From the NCBI RefSeq assembly GCF_025345565.1, contig NZ_CP054475.1, forward strand, positions 3,233,129 through 3,265,128: a stretch of DNA of 32,000 bases. Direction: 5' to 3'. The DNA comes from Thalassolituus hydrocarboniclasticus (lineage in GTDB: Bacteria > Pseudomonadota > Gammaproteobacteria > Pseudomonadales > Oceanobacteraceae). The notes below the pieces were generated by a model. That model was not told the origin of the DNA. It did no database searches and saw only the letters and a program-made list of their open reading frames with translations. The position numbers and the translations under genes are program-made. Below are positions 8,106 through 15,966 of this stretch, one piece after another. Every line of letters starts with the position of its first letter. Position 1 is the first letter of the stretch.

Positions 8106-9842
8106 TCAATAGTAGCTGAGAATCTCTTTGATACCCGTATTCTGTTCAACCTCAACCGATTTATGTACTGTTTTTACCGGTTTAACAATGGCATCCCGGC
8201 CCAACTTATAACTTTGCTCTTTGACGACCACCTGATAAGCCTTATTAAGCATCAGGGCACGTTCTGGCTCCGGCAAAAGCAAGTGACCGATATTCTCAGA
8301 CAGTTTTTCAAATTCCTGTAACTTAGGGCTTCGGTCGTCATTAAAGAACTTATTCAGGACTTCTTTATTATCACGGAATTCATTACCGCTTGGGTTTTGC
8401 TCAAGATAATAAGCATACTCGCCGCGCCCATCCTCACGCATGGGATCAGCGACACCTTCGAGTCCTTTTTCCAGCCAGTGATACCAGCCATTGCGGAAAC
8501 TTCCATGATCAAACTTACGGAAAAATGAAATAGTAGTGTCATTCGATGCGCCGATATAACCGTGACATCCGGTACAGAAATACGTTTCTTCGTAGGTCTG
8601 AGGACGTAACTGACCGGCATCATCCTCAATAAAACCCTGATATGTCCATCCCTGAGCAACCGTTAATCCGGACTCCATATTTCCCAGAGCAACTTTAGTA
8701 CGCCATGGAAAGTCGTGACGTTCTTTAATTTCATCATTAACAATACTGCGTAACTGATAGTAGTTTCTCCAGGAGTTCTTTCTGGAGTAACGCACTTCTT
8801 TCATGCGTCTGGCCATGACAACTTTGCCATTGTTAACGTCCAGGTAGCGTACAGTATGAAGAAACTCAGTACCTTCAGGGTATAAGCGTGCTGCCAGATG
8901 AATGTCACCCTGCTCCAGAAGCTCCTTAGCCTGACCAACATAACTCATCATACGGTTTTCTTTTGGCGCCCAGTCATACTTAATGTATGTCGCCTTAGAC
9001 AAGGTTCCATTTTTATCCAGATCAACGCCATATAACGTTTCGTCAGTTTTTTCGATCGGAATATCTTTTTCCTTTATCAGTGATTCGACAATGGCAAAGT
9101 TAATTCTGTAAGCCAGCAGATCAAATTCTCCGTCTTTATTACGGCGAAAAGCTTCCGGAAGCCGGATCATCACATCATCCGTCGAACCGTTCGTTGGCAT
9201 AAAAGTTCCCAGAAACGGGTAATAGGCAAATACTCGCCAGCCGGTATATTCACCTGCCGGCGAGACATCAAAACCCTGTTCATCAAAAGAAAAATATGCA
9301 TCAGGGATATAACCATCCCAACGGCCGTTTTTATTACGGTCCCATTCTTTTGGCAGGTTGTTCAGTTTGGCAGCCAGGATAATACCGCCATTATCAGAGA
9401 AGTAGTTATCTTCTCTGACGTAATTAATAATCTCCTGATCTGAAACGTTAGCAATATCGTCTGTGCGATCTTTAAACAGATTATCCCAGTTGTTTTTCAG
9501 CCCTGTTTCAGGGAAGTTATAGCCGACCTGAACATCGGTATCATTAAGATAATTCGGTCGTTTACTTTCGGTATGACACGCATAACAAGGATTCTGAACT
9601 CCCTGTTCAGAAACCGGGTCGGTATAACATTGTGGCGGAATGTAAGCCACAGGATTATCCGTAGCATCAGCAGTAAGATCAACCAGTGTGCCGAAGGTAT
9701 AGCCAGTGGCAACCGGGTTGGTTTTATTAGCCGCAGCGGAATCATCCGCCGACATCATTGATCGCTCACCATCAGACGATGTAAAACAACCAGATAAAAA
9801 CAGGGTAAACCCGCCAACCAACAACAATGAGTGTGTTTTCAT
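8106..9842 (-). CDS. Lipoprotein with two c-type haem-binding (CxxCH) motifs, otherwise unknown family
   Basis: 578 aa with signal peptide plus canonical lipobox LSGC. CYACH is encoded at 9573-9587 and CTGCH at 8562-8576. Both were verified on the DNA by reverse complement (ccttgttatgcgtgtcat and ttctgtaccggatgtcac). Confidence 0.7.
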   Translation of the reverse strand: MKTHSLLLVGGFTLFLSGCFTSSDGERSMMSADDSAAANKTNPVATGYTFGTLVDLTADATDNPVAYIPPQCYTDPVSEQGVQNPCYACHTESKRPNYLNDTDVQVGYNFPETGLKNNWDNLFKDRTDDIANVSDQEIINYVREDNYFSDNGGIILAAKLNNLPKEWDRNKNGRWDGYIPDAYFSFDEQGFDVSPAGEYTGWRVFAYYPFLGTFMPTNGSTDDVMIRLPEAFRRNKDGEFDLLAYRINFAIVESLIKEKDIPIEKTDETLYGVDLDKNGTLSKATYIKYDWAPKENRMMSYVGQAKELLEQGDIHLAARLYPEGTEFLHTVRYLDVNNGKVVMARRMKEVRYSRKNSWRNYYQLRSIVNDEIKERHDFPWRTKVALGNMESGLTVAQGWTYQGFIEDDAGQLRPQTYEETYFCTGCHGYIGASNDTTISFFRKFDHGSFRNGWYHWLEKGLEGVADPMREDGRGEYAYYLEQNPSGNEFRDNKEVLNKFFNDDRSPKLQEFEKLSENIGHLLLPEPERALMLNKAYQVVVKEQSYKLGRDAIVKPVKTVHKSVEVEQNTGIKEILSYY

Positions 9843-9854
9843 AAACCTACCAGA

Positions 9855-9882
9855 AACAAAAAAGGGCAGCCGTAGCTGCCCC
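9855..9882 (-). terminator. Hairpin terminator (or attenuator) between the PhoX-like gene and the haem-motif lipoprotein gene
   Basis: The minus strand reads gggcagc-tacg-gctgccc followed by ttttttgtttct. Confidence 0.6.
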
Positions 9883-9901
9883 TGATGTTAAATATCAAAT
9901 A

Positions 9902-11734
9902 TTACTGTACGTTTACAGCCGGGAAAGGCCCAACGTAACCGGTGTAAGCACGGGCTTCACCTGAACCGGTATCTTTATCGTCGTCTGTCTCAACATATGG
10001 ATGCTGAACAACTGTCGTCAGATAAGACCAGCCATTGATGTTCGGATACCAGTATGGAGAGGTGGTTTCTGAGCCATACGGGGTGGTCAGAATGCGGGTC
10101 AGTTTTTTCTCTGAAGCAAAATCATAAGCCCACAAAGCATCATTCTGGTGTGTAGTACCTGCATCTTCACCGATGATCAGCATGTCATAACCTGAGATAT
10201 AGGTAACGTTATCCGGCTCGGCGATGCCATCAATATGGCAGCTGTTTTTGGCTTCAAAACCAGCAACCTGTGGGTCAGCAATACTGACCGGACGTCCGGC
10301 GACCAGGCCATACATGTTGTGAGCCACGTAATTGGAGCCGATTGCAGAGTCAGGACCAAGGTCCATCTGATAGACCGCGCCACATTTGTTTTCTTCATCC
10401 AGCTGAATATGATCCGGGCCACCGACATCACCGGAAGTACCAGCCAGCATGCCTTTAGTAACGTTGGACATACCTACGTACATTTTGTGACGCTTGCTGT
10501 CGTAGGTAATCCCTTCTTCTTTACGGAATTCAGTGGTTGCACCCAACATGGCTGCATAGCGACGGGTTTCCAGACGCGAAGCTACTTTTTCCATACCGGC
10601 TTTAACTTTCAGACACTCCTGGCCAACACCATTGGCATTGATCGACGTAAATCCTGCGCTACACGCATTGCCAACCGGATCTTCTGAATCAAAGATGTCG
10701 TTAAAGGTAACCTTGGTTTTACCATTGGTACCGTGCACATAATCGCTGATTTCAGCATTGGTAGCATGACCCAGACTGATCCAGGTCAGATCAGCTGCAC
10801 CAATACCGGTAGAATCTGTCTGGTTCCATTTAGCAGCGTAAGTAGTACCAGCACTCAGATCACCGGCGGTATCAGCCACAAACATATACAGACCAACGTT
10901 AGTACCATCATCAGTCATATAGGTTGTTTTTGAATCAGGCATTACATAAGCCAGTTCGTATGCCAGACGCCCCATTGCATAATGTTTTTCAGTAGTAACA
11001 GCAGCATTTTCCGCAACAGTTACTTCAATATTCCAGCCGTAGAAGTATGGGTTCCATTCGCTCGCTTCAGCATAGTAGTCGAGCATAGAAGCAGAATAAC
11101 TGCTCAGAGCAGCTTCAGCACTGGTTGGCTGTTTTTTAGCATCCGGTTCATATTCCTCTGACGCCAGATGAGTAGTCCATGGAGTAACAGAACCGGCACA
11201 GTGAACCCAGCCACCATCAATGCCTGATTGATCAATCTGAGTTAAGTTAGCAACGCTCAGCTTGCCGTTGTCTTTATCCTGATTCAGCTCCATCAGGAAC
11301 ATGGCACCAGGGCGATCTTCAAACTGAGAAACAGAATACAGTTTATTGCCAATTGGCAGCAGAGAAGTAAATTCGTTGGAATCAGAAATACGGACTGAAC
11401 CATCGTCTTCAGTCAGAACAGTACCCGCTTTATTGACCAGCTGACCAAATGCAACGCCAGAAATAACATCACCTGAGCGTGCCAGTACGTTATATTCACC
11501 GGCATAAATTTTGCCGTTTACAATGGCTTGTGAAACTGTAATTTCACGCTTTTCGGCATCGGTGGCCGGTGCGGCAACGCCTACAAACTTCATAAAGGCC
11601 GGGCTGCCGTTTACGCCATCAGCCCCGGTGTCACCATTAGAACCATCATCACCACCACAGGCTGCCAGGCTCGCGGCCGTAGCAATAACCATCGCCTGCA
11701 AAAGACGCTTTTTCTGAAAAAGTTCCATCGTCAT
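9902..11734 (-). CDS. PhoX/DUF839-family beta-propeller lipoprotein (putative phosphatase)
   Basis: 610 aa with lipobox LAAC after a hydrophobic signal. It has no twin-arginine motif. PhoX-family hallmark contexts are GGWVHCAGSVTPWTTHLASEEYEP and the C-terminal GIAEPDNVTYISGYDMLIIGEDAG. The start may be the second ATG at 11728, judging by RBS spacing. Confidence 0.72.
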   Translation of the reverse strand: MTMELFQKKRLLQAMVIATAASLAACGGDDGSNGDTGADGVNGSPAFMKFVGVAAPATDAEKREITVSQAIVNGKIYAGEYNVLARSGDVISGVAFGQLVNKAGTVLTEDDGSVRISDSNEFTSLLPIGNKLYSVSQFEDRPGAMFLMELNQDKDNGKLSVANLTQIDQSGIDGGWVHCAGSVTPWTTHLASEEYEPDAKKQPTSAEAALSSYSASMLDYYAEASEWNPYFYGWNIEVTVAENAAVTTEKHYAMGRLAYELAYVMPDSKTTYMTDDGTNVGLYMFVADTAGDLSAGTTYAAKWNQTDSTGIGAADLTWISLGHATNAEISDYVHGTNGKTKVTFNDIFDSEDPVGNACSAGFTSINANGVGQECLKVKAGMEKVASRLETRRYAAMLGATTEFRKEEGITYDSKRHKMYVGMSNVTKGMLAGTSGDVGGPDHIQLDEENKCGAVYQMDLGPDSAIGSNYVAHNMYGLVAGRPVSIADPQVAGFEAKNSCHIDGIAEPDNVTYISGYDMLIIGEDAGTTHQNDALWAYDFASEKKLTRILTTPYGSETTSPYWYPNINGWSYLTTVVQHPYVETDDDKDTGSGEARAYTGYVGPFPAVNVQ

Positions 11735-11794
11735 CTCTCTCTAAGACTATATGATCAGGAGTTATTTCCTGGGGCGTTAAGCTAGTAGAGAAAA

Positions 11795-11845
11795 ATGACA
11801 GTAAGCGTGCACTTTTATGACAGATATAAGACGATTTCATGACAG
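11795..11845 (-). promoter_or_regulatory. Array of three Pho-box-like heptamers (CTGTCAT) upstream of the PhoX-like gene
   Basis: On the minus strand CTGTCAT occurs at 11845-11839, 11823-11817 and 11801-11795, exactly 22 bp apart (two helical turns). The proximal segment reads CTGTCAT-AAAA-GTGCACG-CTTA-CTGTCAT, so it keeps the 7+4 periodicity of PhoB boxes. Confidence 0.65.
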
Positions 11846-11848
11846 CAA

Positions 11849-12523
11849 TCAGTAACGCCGTACCTGGACCACCACACGACGATTAGCAGCACGCTGCTGT
11901 TCAATTGTCTGGGCCTGATCCACTTCTTTCGGTCTGCTGTCAGCAAAGCCTGACGCCTTAAGACGTTCCTTGGCAACGCCCTGACTCATCAGATATTTAA
12001 CCACATGGGTCGCTCTGGCTGCTGATAATTCCCAGTTGGAGGGAAATTGCTCATTGGCAATGGGAATATCATCAGTGTGACCTTCCACTTCAATCATATG
12101 TGTTTCGTGGCTGGTATCGCGGATAATCGCGGATACCTTTTCCAACAGGGGAACTGCATCGGCTTTTAAATCGGCGGAGCCGGAGTCATAGAGTGCAACG
12201 TTGGCAAACTCCACTTTAACCCCTCGCTGATCAAGGACCACCGACAACTGATCCTGCAGGCCATTCTGCTCGATATAATCATCCAGCGCTTTTTTAATAT
12301 CGGTAAAGGGCGTTGTTTGCTGTCGATCTGTCATTACCGTCGACAATCCTTCCTGCAGCGCTTCTACTTTGCCCTGATCGATATCAGAGACCGACAGAAT
12401 CATCACAAAAAAAGCCAGCAGCAGCGTAATGGCATCAGAATAAGTGATAAGCCAGGAACTGGAGGAATCGTCAAAATTAGGCCGGCGACGGCGCAGGCCA
12501 CGACGCTTTAACGCATCATCCAC
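11849..12523 (-). CDS. MotB/PomB-like stator subunit (plug/TM plus OmpA-like peptidoglycan-binding domain)
   Basis: 224 aa with a GTG start preceded by GGAGG at 6 nt. The TM segment SWLITYSDAITLLLAFFVMILS carries the conserved channel Asp, encoded at 12434-12436. The C-terminal OmpA-like motif is VEGHTDDIPI...FPSNWELSAARATHVVKYL...NRRVVVQV. Confidence 0.85.
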   Translation of the reverse strand: MDDALKRRGLRRRRPNFDDSSSSWLITYSDAITLLLAFFVMILSVSDIDQGKVEALQEGLSTVMTDRQQTTPFTDIKKALDDYIEQNGLQDQLSVVLDQRGVKVEFANVALYDSGSADLKADAVPLLEKVSAIIRDTSHETHMIEVEGHTDDIPIANEQFPSNWELSAARATHVVKYLMSQGVAKERLKASGFADSRPKEVDQAQTIEQQRAANRRVVVQVRRY

Positions 12524-12546
12524 GGCATGCCTCCGGGTATATCAGC

Positions 12547-13347
12547 TCAGAGTTCTTCATCGGCAAGCTGCAGACGAACCGATGGTTTAAGAAAGGCATT
12601 CAGCCTGTCCTGAATAAACAAGGCATCACGCTTTTCCGCCAGCATAACGAAACCTTCGGTAATCAGCTGATGGCGGTAATAAAGTGCTTCCTGTTTTTCC
12701 GTAACCTGATTGGCTGCCGGTTTAAAAAATAAATTCGCCAGTACCACACCATAAAGCGTGGTAATTAATGCCAGCGCCAGCCCCTGACCTAACCCGGCCA
12801 TATCACCGTTCAGGTTATCCAGCATGATAATCAGACCAATAATCGTGCCGACCATACCAAAACCCGGAGCGTAGGTTGCCATGGTATTCAGCACCTTGGA
12901 TTCCAGCGTATGCCGCTGCCAAGTGGCATCCATGGCATCACTCAGCATTATGCGGATTTCGTGGTTTTTATAACCCGAACCAATCAGCTCCATCGCATGA
13001 CACAGGTATTCGTCTTTACTTTCTTCTTTATTCAGACTCTGCTCAAGGGCACTGATACCACCCTGACGATACAGGTTGCTCCAGTCAACAAAGCGGCTAA
13101 CCAGTGTGCGCAAATGCTTTTGCGATGTCGGAGTATGAAAAAAAGTCTGCACCATACTACGCATAGCAATCAGAACATCACCGCTGCTGTAGCTGATCAG
13201 TGAGGCCGCTAACGTACTGCCCAGTACCAGCGCCAGACTGGAAAGACTCATAAATATCTGGTGATGATCCGTACTGCTGACGATGGCAAATGCAAACAGG
13301 CTGATACCGGCGCAAAAGCCGATCAGGGTGCTGAATGAAAACATCAT
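12547..13347 (-). CDS. MotA/PomA-like stator subunit
   Basis: 266 aa with 4-TM MotA topology. It is collinear by eye with Vibrio PomA (YRQGGISALEQS vs ARKGGFLALEEM; YAPGFGMVGTIIGL vs VAPAMGMIGTLVGL; ALITTLYGVVLANLFFKPAAN vs ALLTTLYGAILSNMVFFPIAD). Its ATG abuts the stop codon of the upstream gene (TAAATG). Confidence 0.85.
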   Translation of the reverse strand: MMFSFSTLIGFCAGISLFAFAIVSSTDHHQIFMSLSSLALVLGSTLAASLISYSSGDVLIAMRSMVQTFFHTPTSQKHLRTLVSRFVDWSNLYRQGGISALEQSLNKEESKDEYLCHAMELIGSGYKNHEIRIMLSDAMDATWQRHTLESKVLNTMATYAPGFGMVGTIIGLIIMLDNLNGDMAGLGQGLALALITTLYGVVLANLFFKPAANQVTEKQEALYYRHQLITEGFVMLAEKRDALFIQDRLNAFLKPSVRLQLADEEL

Positions 13348-15255
13348 TTATTCCTGCCCCTGCGACTGTTTAGCAATAGGCGCCAGCTCTTCCATAGAGA
13401 AACGTCCGGCTTTCAGTACATCACGCATTTTCTGTACAACCTGTTTGCGTCCGGCTTCTACCGTTTCCTGAGCAATATCTGCTTCGGTTGTTTTAAGCTC
13501 TGCAATAACGGCTGCGCGCAATTTAGCAGGCAAGGCTGCCAGCACATGGCGTTTAAATTCCGTTGATGTATGACATAAGGCAGCGGCCAGAACACCGCGA
13601 TCTATATCACGCAGCTCATTCGCCAGTACCCGCTCCGGAGCGCGGGCCATATCGGCAAAGGTAAAATAGACCTGACGCAGTCGATAATAGGTTTCCGGCT
13701 TTTCACCTTTTAAGGTTTTCAGTAAGCGGGTTTCTTCAGCACTGTTCATGTTATCCAGCATACGTATCAGTACCGACAGGCCATCGGCACTGATATTCTC
13801 GAACGTTGGCACCGACAGTGACGCCTGTGCCAGACGGTCCGCCACGTCGCGGAAAGCAGAGACAGGGAGCGTATCGAACTGGCCGAGTTCATAAGCCACC
13901 GCCGCCTGATCTTTTTCTTTCATGCGCTGAATAATATCAGCAGCCCGTTCAGCCGGGAGCTGCGACATAACCAGAGCTTTGATGCGGGTATCCTCATCTT
14001 TAATCAGATACAGCACCTGTGAATCATTGAGTTTCTCCAGAAACGAAAACGGTGAATTACCCGCCGAGTTATCAGCTAAGCCCTGCTGAAGACGCTGCTG
14101 GAAAGCACTGAGTGATTGCAGCAACATCTCATTGCTCCAGTCAGTTTCGCTGCGCTGCTGCTCCAGCTCCTGCCACTCGGTACCGGTTAATGCGGGAACA
14201 AGGCTGCGCAATAACGGCTTACCCATCACTTCAAGCATTGCCGCTGCTTCAGAATACTGCTGTCGCTGCAGTCCCTGTTGCACCAGCTGCTGGAATAACT
14301 GTGGCTGAGACAATCCGGATGAAACCAGCGCCTGACGCACTTCATTAACCTGCCGTTTCAGTTCAACCTGCTGGTCATTTTCCTGTGCAACCACGGCACG
14401 ATTATCGCTATAACCGGTATCGGAACTTGCAGTTAAAGGAGCACTTACTGCAGGAATCATCCGGCGGCCTAACGCACGCATCCCGAAACCAATCACCAGC
14501 AATACCAGTAAAAGTGAAGCAAGCCAGAACCACAGCGCGTATTCATCCCAGATACTGAGCACAACAGGTTTTTCATTCTCCAGACGTTTAAATTCGGTAC
14601 GGACAATATTCAGCGTATCGCCACGTAATTCATCCAGCTGGGACTTGCGGGTAATCAGGTTACGCAGGAATTCAACCTGTTCATCATTCAGGGTACGGTC
14701 CACAACCAGAGTGATGGTCATTTTCTTGATGCTGTTGCGAAAGCCCAGTGTTTTCTCACGAATGGTCTGAATTTTGGTTTCGGCTTCCTGTTTCAGCTGG
14801 TCGGCATAATTGAGCACATCGGTACGCTCACGCTCCAGCTGTTGCACTTTATTCTGCAGCGCCTGAATTTCCTGCTCGTTTTCTTTCAAAAGCGGAAGCT
14901 CATTAACCGGAAGGCCTGGCAATGCTTCCAGCTCATTGTCATCAAAGGTTTTGATCGTACGTGGACGGATTTCCGCGACTGGCTGACGCACAGGAGGCTT
15001 AGGTAAAGCAGACCCAGGCGATGCCGGCTCATTGCTTTTCACCATAGTTCGGGTCTTTTGCAGTGTTGCTTCGACCTGAATAATAAAGCGGTTATCGCCC
15101 AGGTAAGATTTGATATCCCGTGCCAGACGCGCTTCCATTTCATTCTTAAAGCGCGCCTCTTCCAGATCATCTTTTTTAACAGGCACTTCATAAGCCTGCT
15201 CTTCTGCAACAACCAGAAGAGAGACAAAGCAAAGTAAGACAGTAAGAATTCTCAT
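13348..15255 (-). CDS. Bitopic membrane protein: FliF/YscJ-like ring-building motif (periplasm) fused to FliG-like middle and C-terminal domains (cytoplasm)
   Basis: The track ORF starts at a TTG (15261). I prefer the ATG at 15255, which has AGGAG 6 nt upstream overlapping the upstream stop codon. The N-terminal signal/TM is followed by RLARDIKSYLGDNRFIIQVEATL and MTITLVVDRTLNDEQVEFLRNLITRKSQLDELRGDTLNIVRTEF. The latter compares with Salmonella FliF LSVAVVVN...LTADQMKQIEDLTREAMGFSDKRGDTLNVVNSPF. TM2 is encoded at 14479-14541. The C-terminal 230 aa or so (13387-14055) are collinear with FliG_M and FliG_C. Confidence 0.7.
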   Translation of the reverse strand: MRILTVLLCFVSLLVVAEEQAYEVPVKKDDLEEARFKNEMEARLARDIKSYLGDNRFIIQVEATLQKTRTMVKSNEPASPGSALPKPPVRQPVAEIRPRTIKTFDDNELEALPGLPVNELPLLKENEQEIQALQNKVQQLERERTDVLNYADQLKQEAETKIQTIREKTLGFRNSIKKMTITLVVDRTLNDEQVEFLRNLITRKSQLDELRGDTLNIVRTEFKRLENEKPVVLSIWDEYALWFWLASLLLVLLVIGFGMRALGRRMIPAVSAPLTASSDTGYSDNRAVVAQENDQQVELKRQVNEVRQALVSSGLSQPQLFQQLVQQGLQRQQYSEAAAMLEVMGKPLLRSLVPALTGTEWQELEQQRSETDWSNEMLLQSLSAFQQRLQQGLADNSAGNSPFSFLEKLNDSQVLYLIKDEDTRIKALVMSQLPAERAADIIQRMKEKDQAAVAYELGQFDTLPVSAFRDVADRLAQASLSVPTFENISADGLSVLIRMLDNMNSAEETRLLKTLKGEKPETYYRLRQVYFTFADMARAPERVLANELRDIDRGVLAAALCHTSTEFKRHVLAALPAKLRAAVIAELKTTEADIAQETVEAGRKQVVQKMRDVLKAGRFSMEELAPIAKQSQGQE

Positions 15256-15264
15256 CAGCAACTC

Positions 15265-15966
15265 CTACTGCTTCAGCCGGTCAAGGCTGGCCTTGACCTG
15301 ATCAAGACTGGGATCAAGTTTAAGCGCCTGCTCCCAGCTGGAACGGGCTTCCGGCAACAGGCCCATCTTGTAATAGATACTGCCTTTTAATGCATGCGCC
15401 TGAGCGGAATCCGGTAAATTATCGAGTGCTGCATTGGTTTCATCCAAAGCCTGCCAATATTGTTTTTTATAGAATAATGACTGGGCATTGAGAATGTGCT
15501 TAGTGGTATTTTCAACCCTCTGATTTTTGTTTTTTTCCTGCTGCTGAGCATTCTCATTCAGATTTTCATGAATTTCTTCAGCCGTCTTATCATCCAGCAT
15601 TTCGGTTATGTCTTCGTCGGCCTCCTGAGGTATTTCTGCTTCTGGCTGAACCGTCTTACCCGGCAGATCCATGACGAATTTCACGTCACTGTCACCGGCA
15701 TCCAAAGTCAGCAACACATCGTAACCATCACCATAACGGTGAATATGCATCAGGCCATGCTGTTTTTTGGCTTGCTCAGCGATTTCAGATTGTTTCTGGA
15801 TTTCTTCTTCTACAACCTCTGTTTCAGATACCCAGCCGGAATTACCATAACCTTTAACCACTTCATTAGTACGCTGATAGCTACAGGCGGCAGGCAAGAT
15901 AAAAACACTCAGGCTTAACAACCGGAACATCATGCGTACCTGGCATTTTACGCAGAATTTCATCAT
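15265..15966 (-). CDS. Secreted (possibly lipidated) TPR-repeat protein with an acidic linker
   Basis: 233 aa. The signal peptide MMFRLLSLSVFILPAAC has a non-canonical lipobox. The true start may be the internal Met at about 15933. An acidic low-complexity middle precedes C-terminal TPR repeats (YWQALDETNAALDNLPDSAQAHALKGSIYYKMGLLPEARSSWEQALKLDP). Its start overlaps the upstream stop (TGATG). Confidence 0.72.
   Translation of the reverse strand: MMKFCVKCQVRMMFRLLSLSVFILPAACSYQRTNEVVKGYGNSGWVSETEVVEEEIQKQSEIAEQAKKQHGLMHIHRYGDGYDVLLTLDAGDSDVKFVMDLPGKTVQPEAEIPQEADEDITEMLDDKTAEEIHENLNENAQQQEKNKNQRVENTTKHILNAQSLFYKKQYWQALDETNAALDNLPDSAQAHALKGSIYYKMGLLPEARSSWEQALKLDPSLDQVKASLDRLKQ

Noticed and set aside
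9902-11734. Tat signal on the PhoX-like protein
   Set aside because: The N-terminus has KKR followed by a hydrophobic stretch and lipobox LAAC, but no S/T-R-R-x-F-L-K motif. I therefore call it a Sec/Lol lipoprotein.
11849-13347. MotA/MotB-like pair as a Zorya (ZorAB) anti-phage system
   Set aside because: The MotA-like protein is PomA-sized (266 aa) and lacks the long C-terminal tail of ZorA. No ZorC/ZorD-like (helicase/nuclease) genes are present. The operon partners are FliG/FliF-like and envelope proteins instead.
11849-13347. Stator pair as ExbBD/TolQR
   Set aside because: The A subunit has four TM segments and the flagellar-type cytoplasmic loop (R..GG....E). The B subunit has a C-terminal OmpA-like peptidoglycan-binding domain. 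There is no TonB/TolA-like gene.
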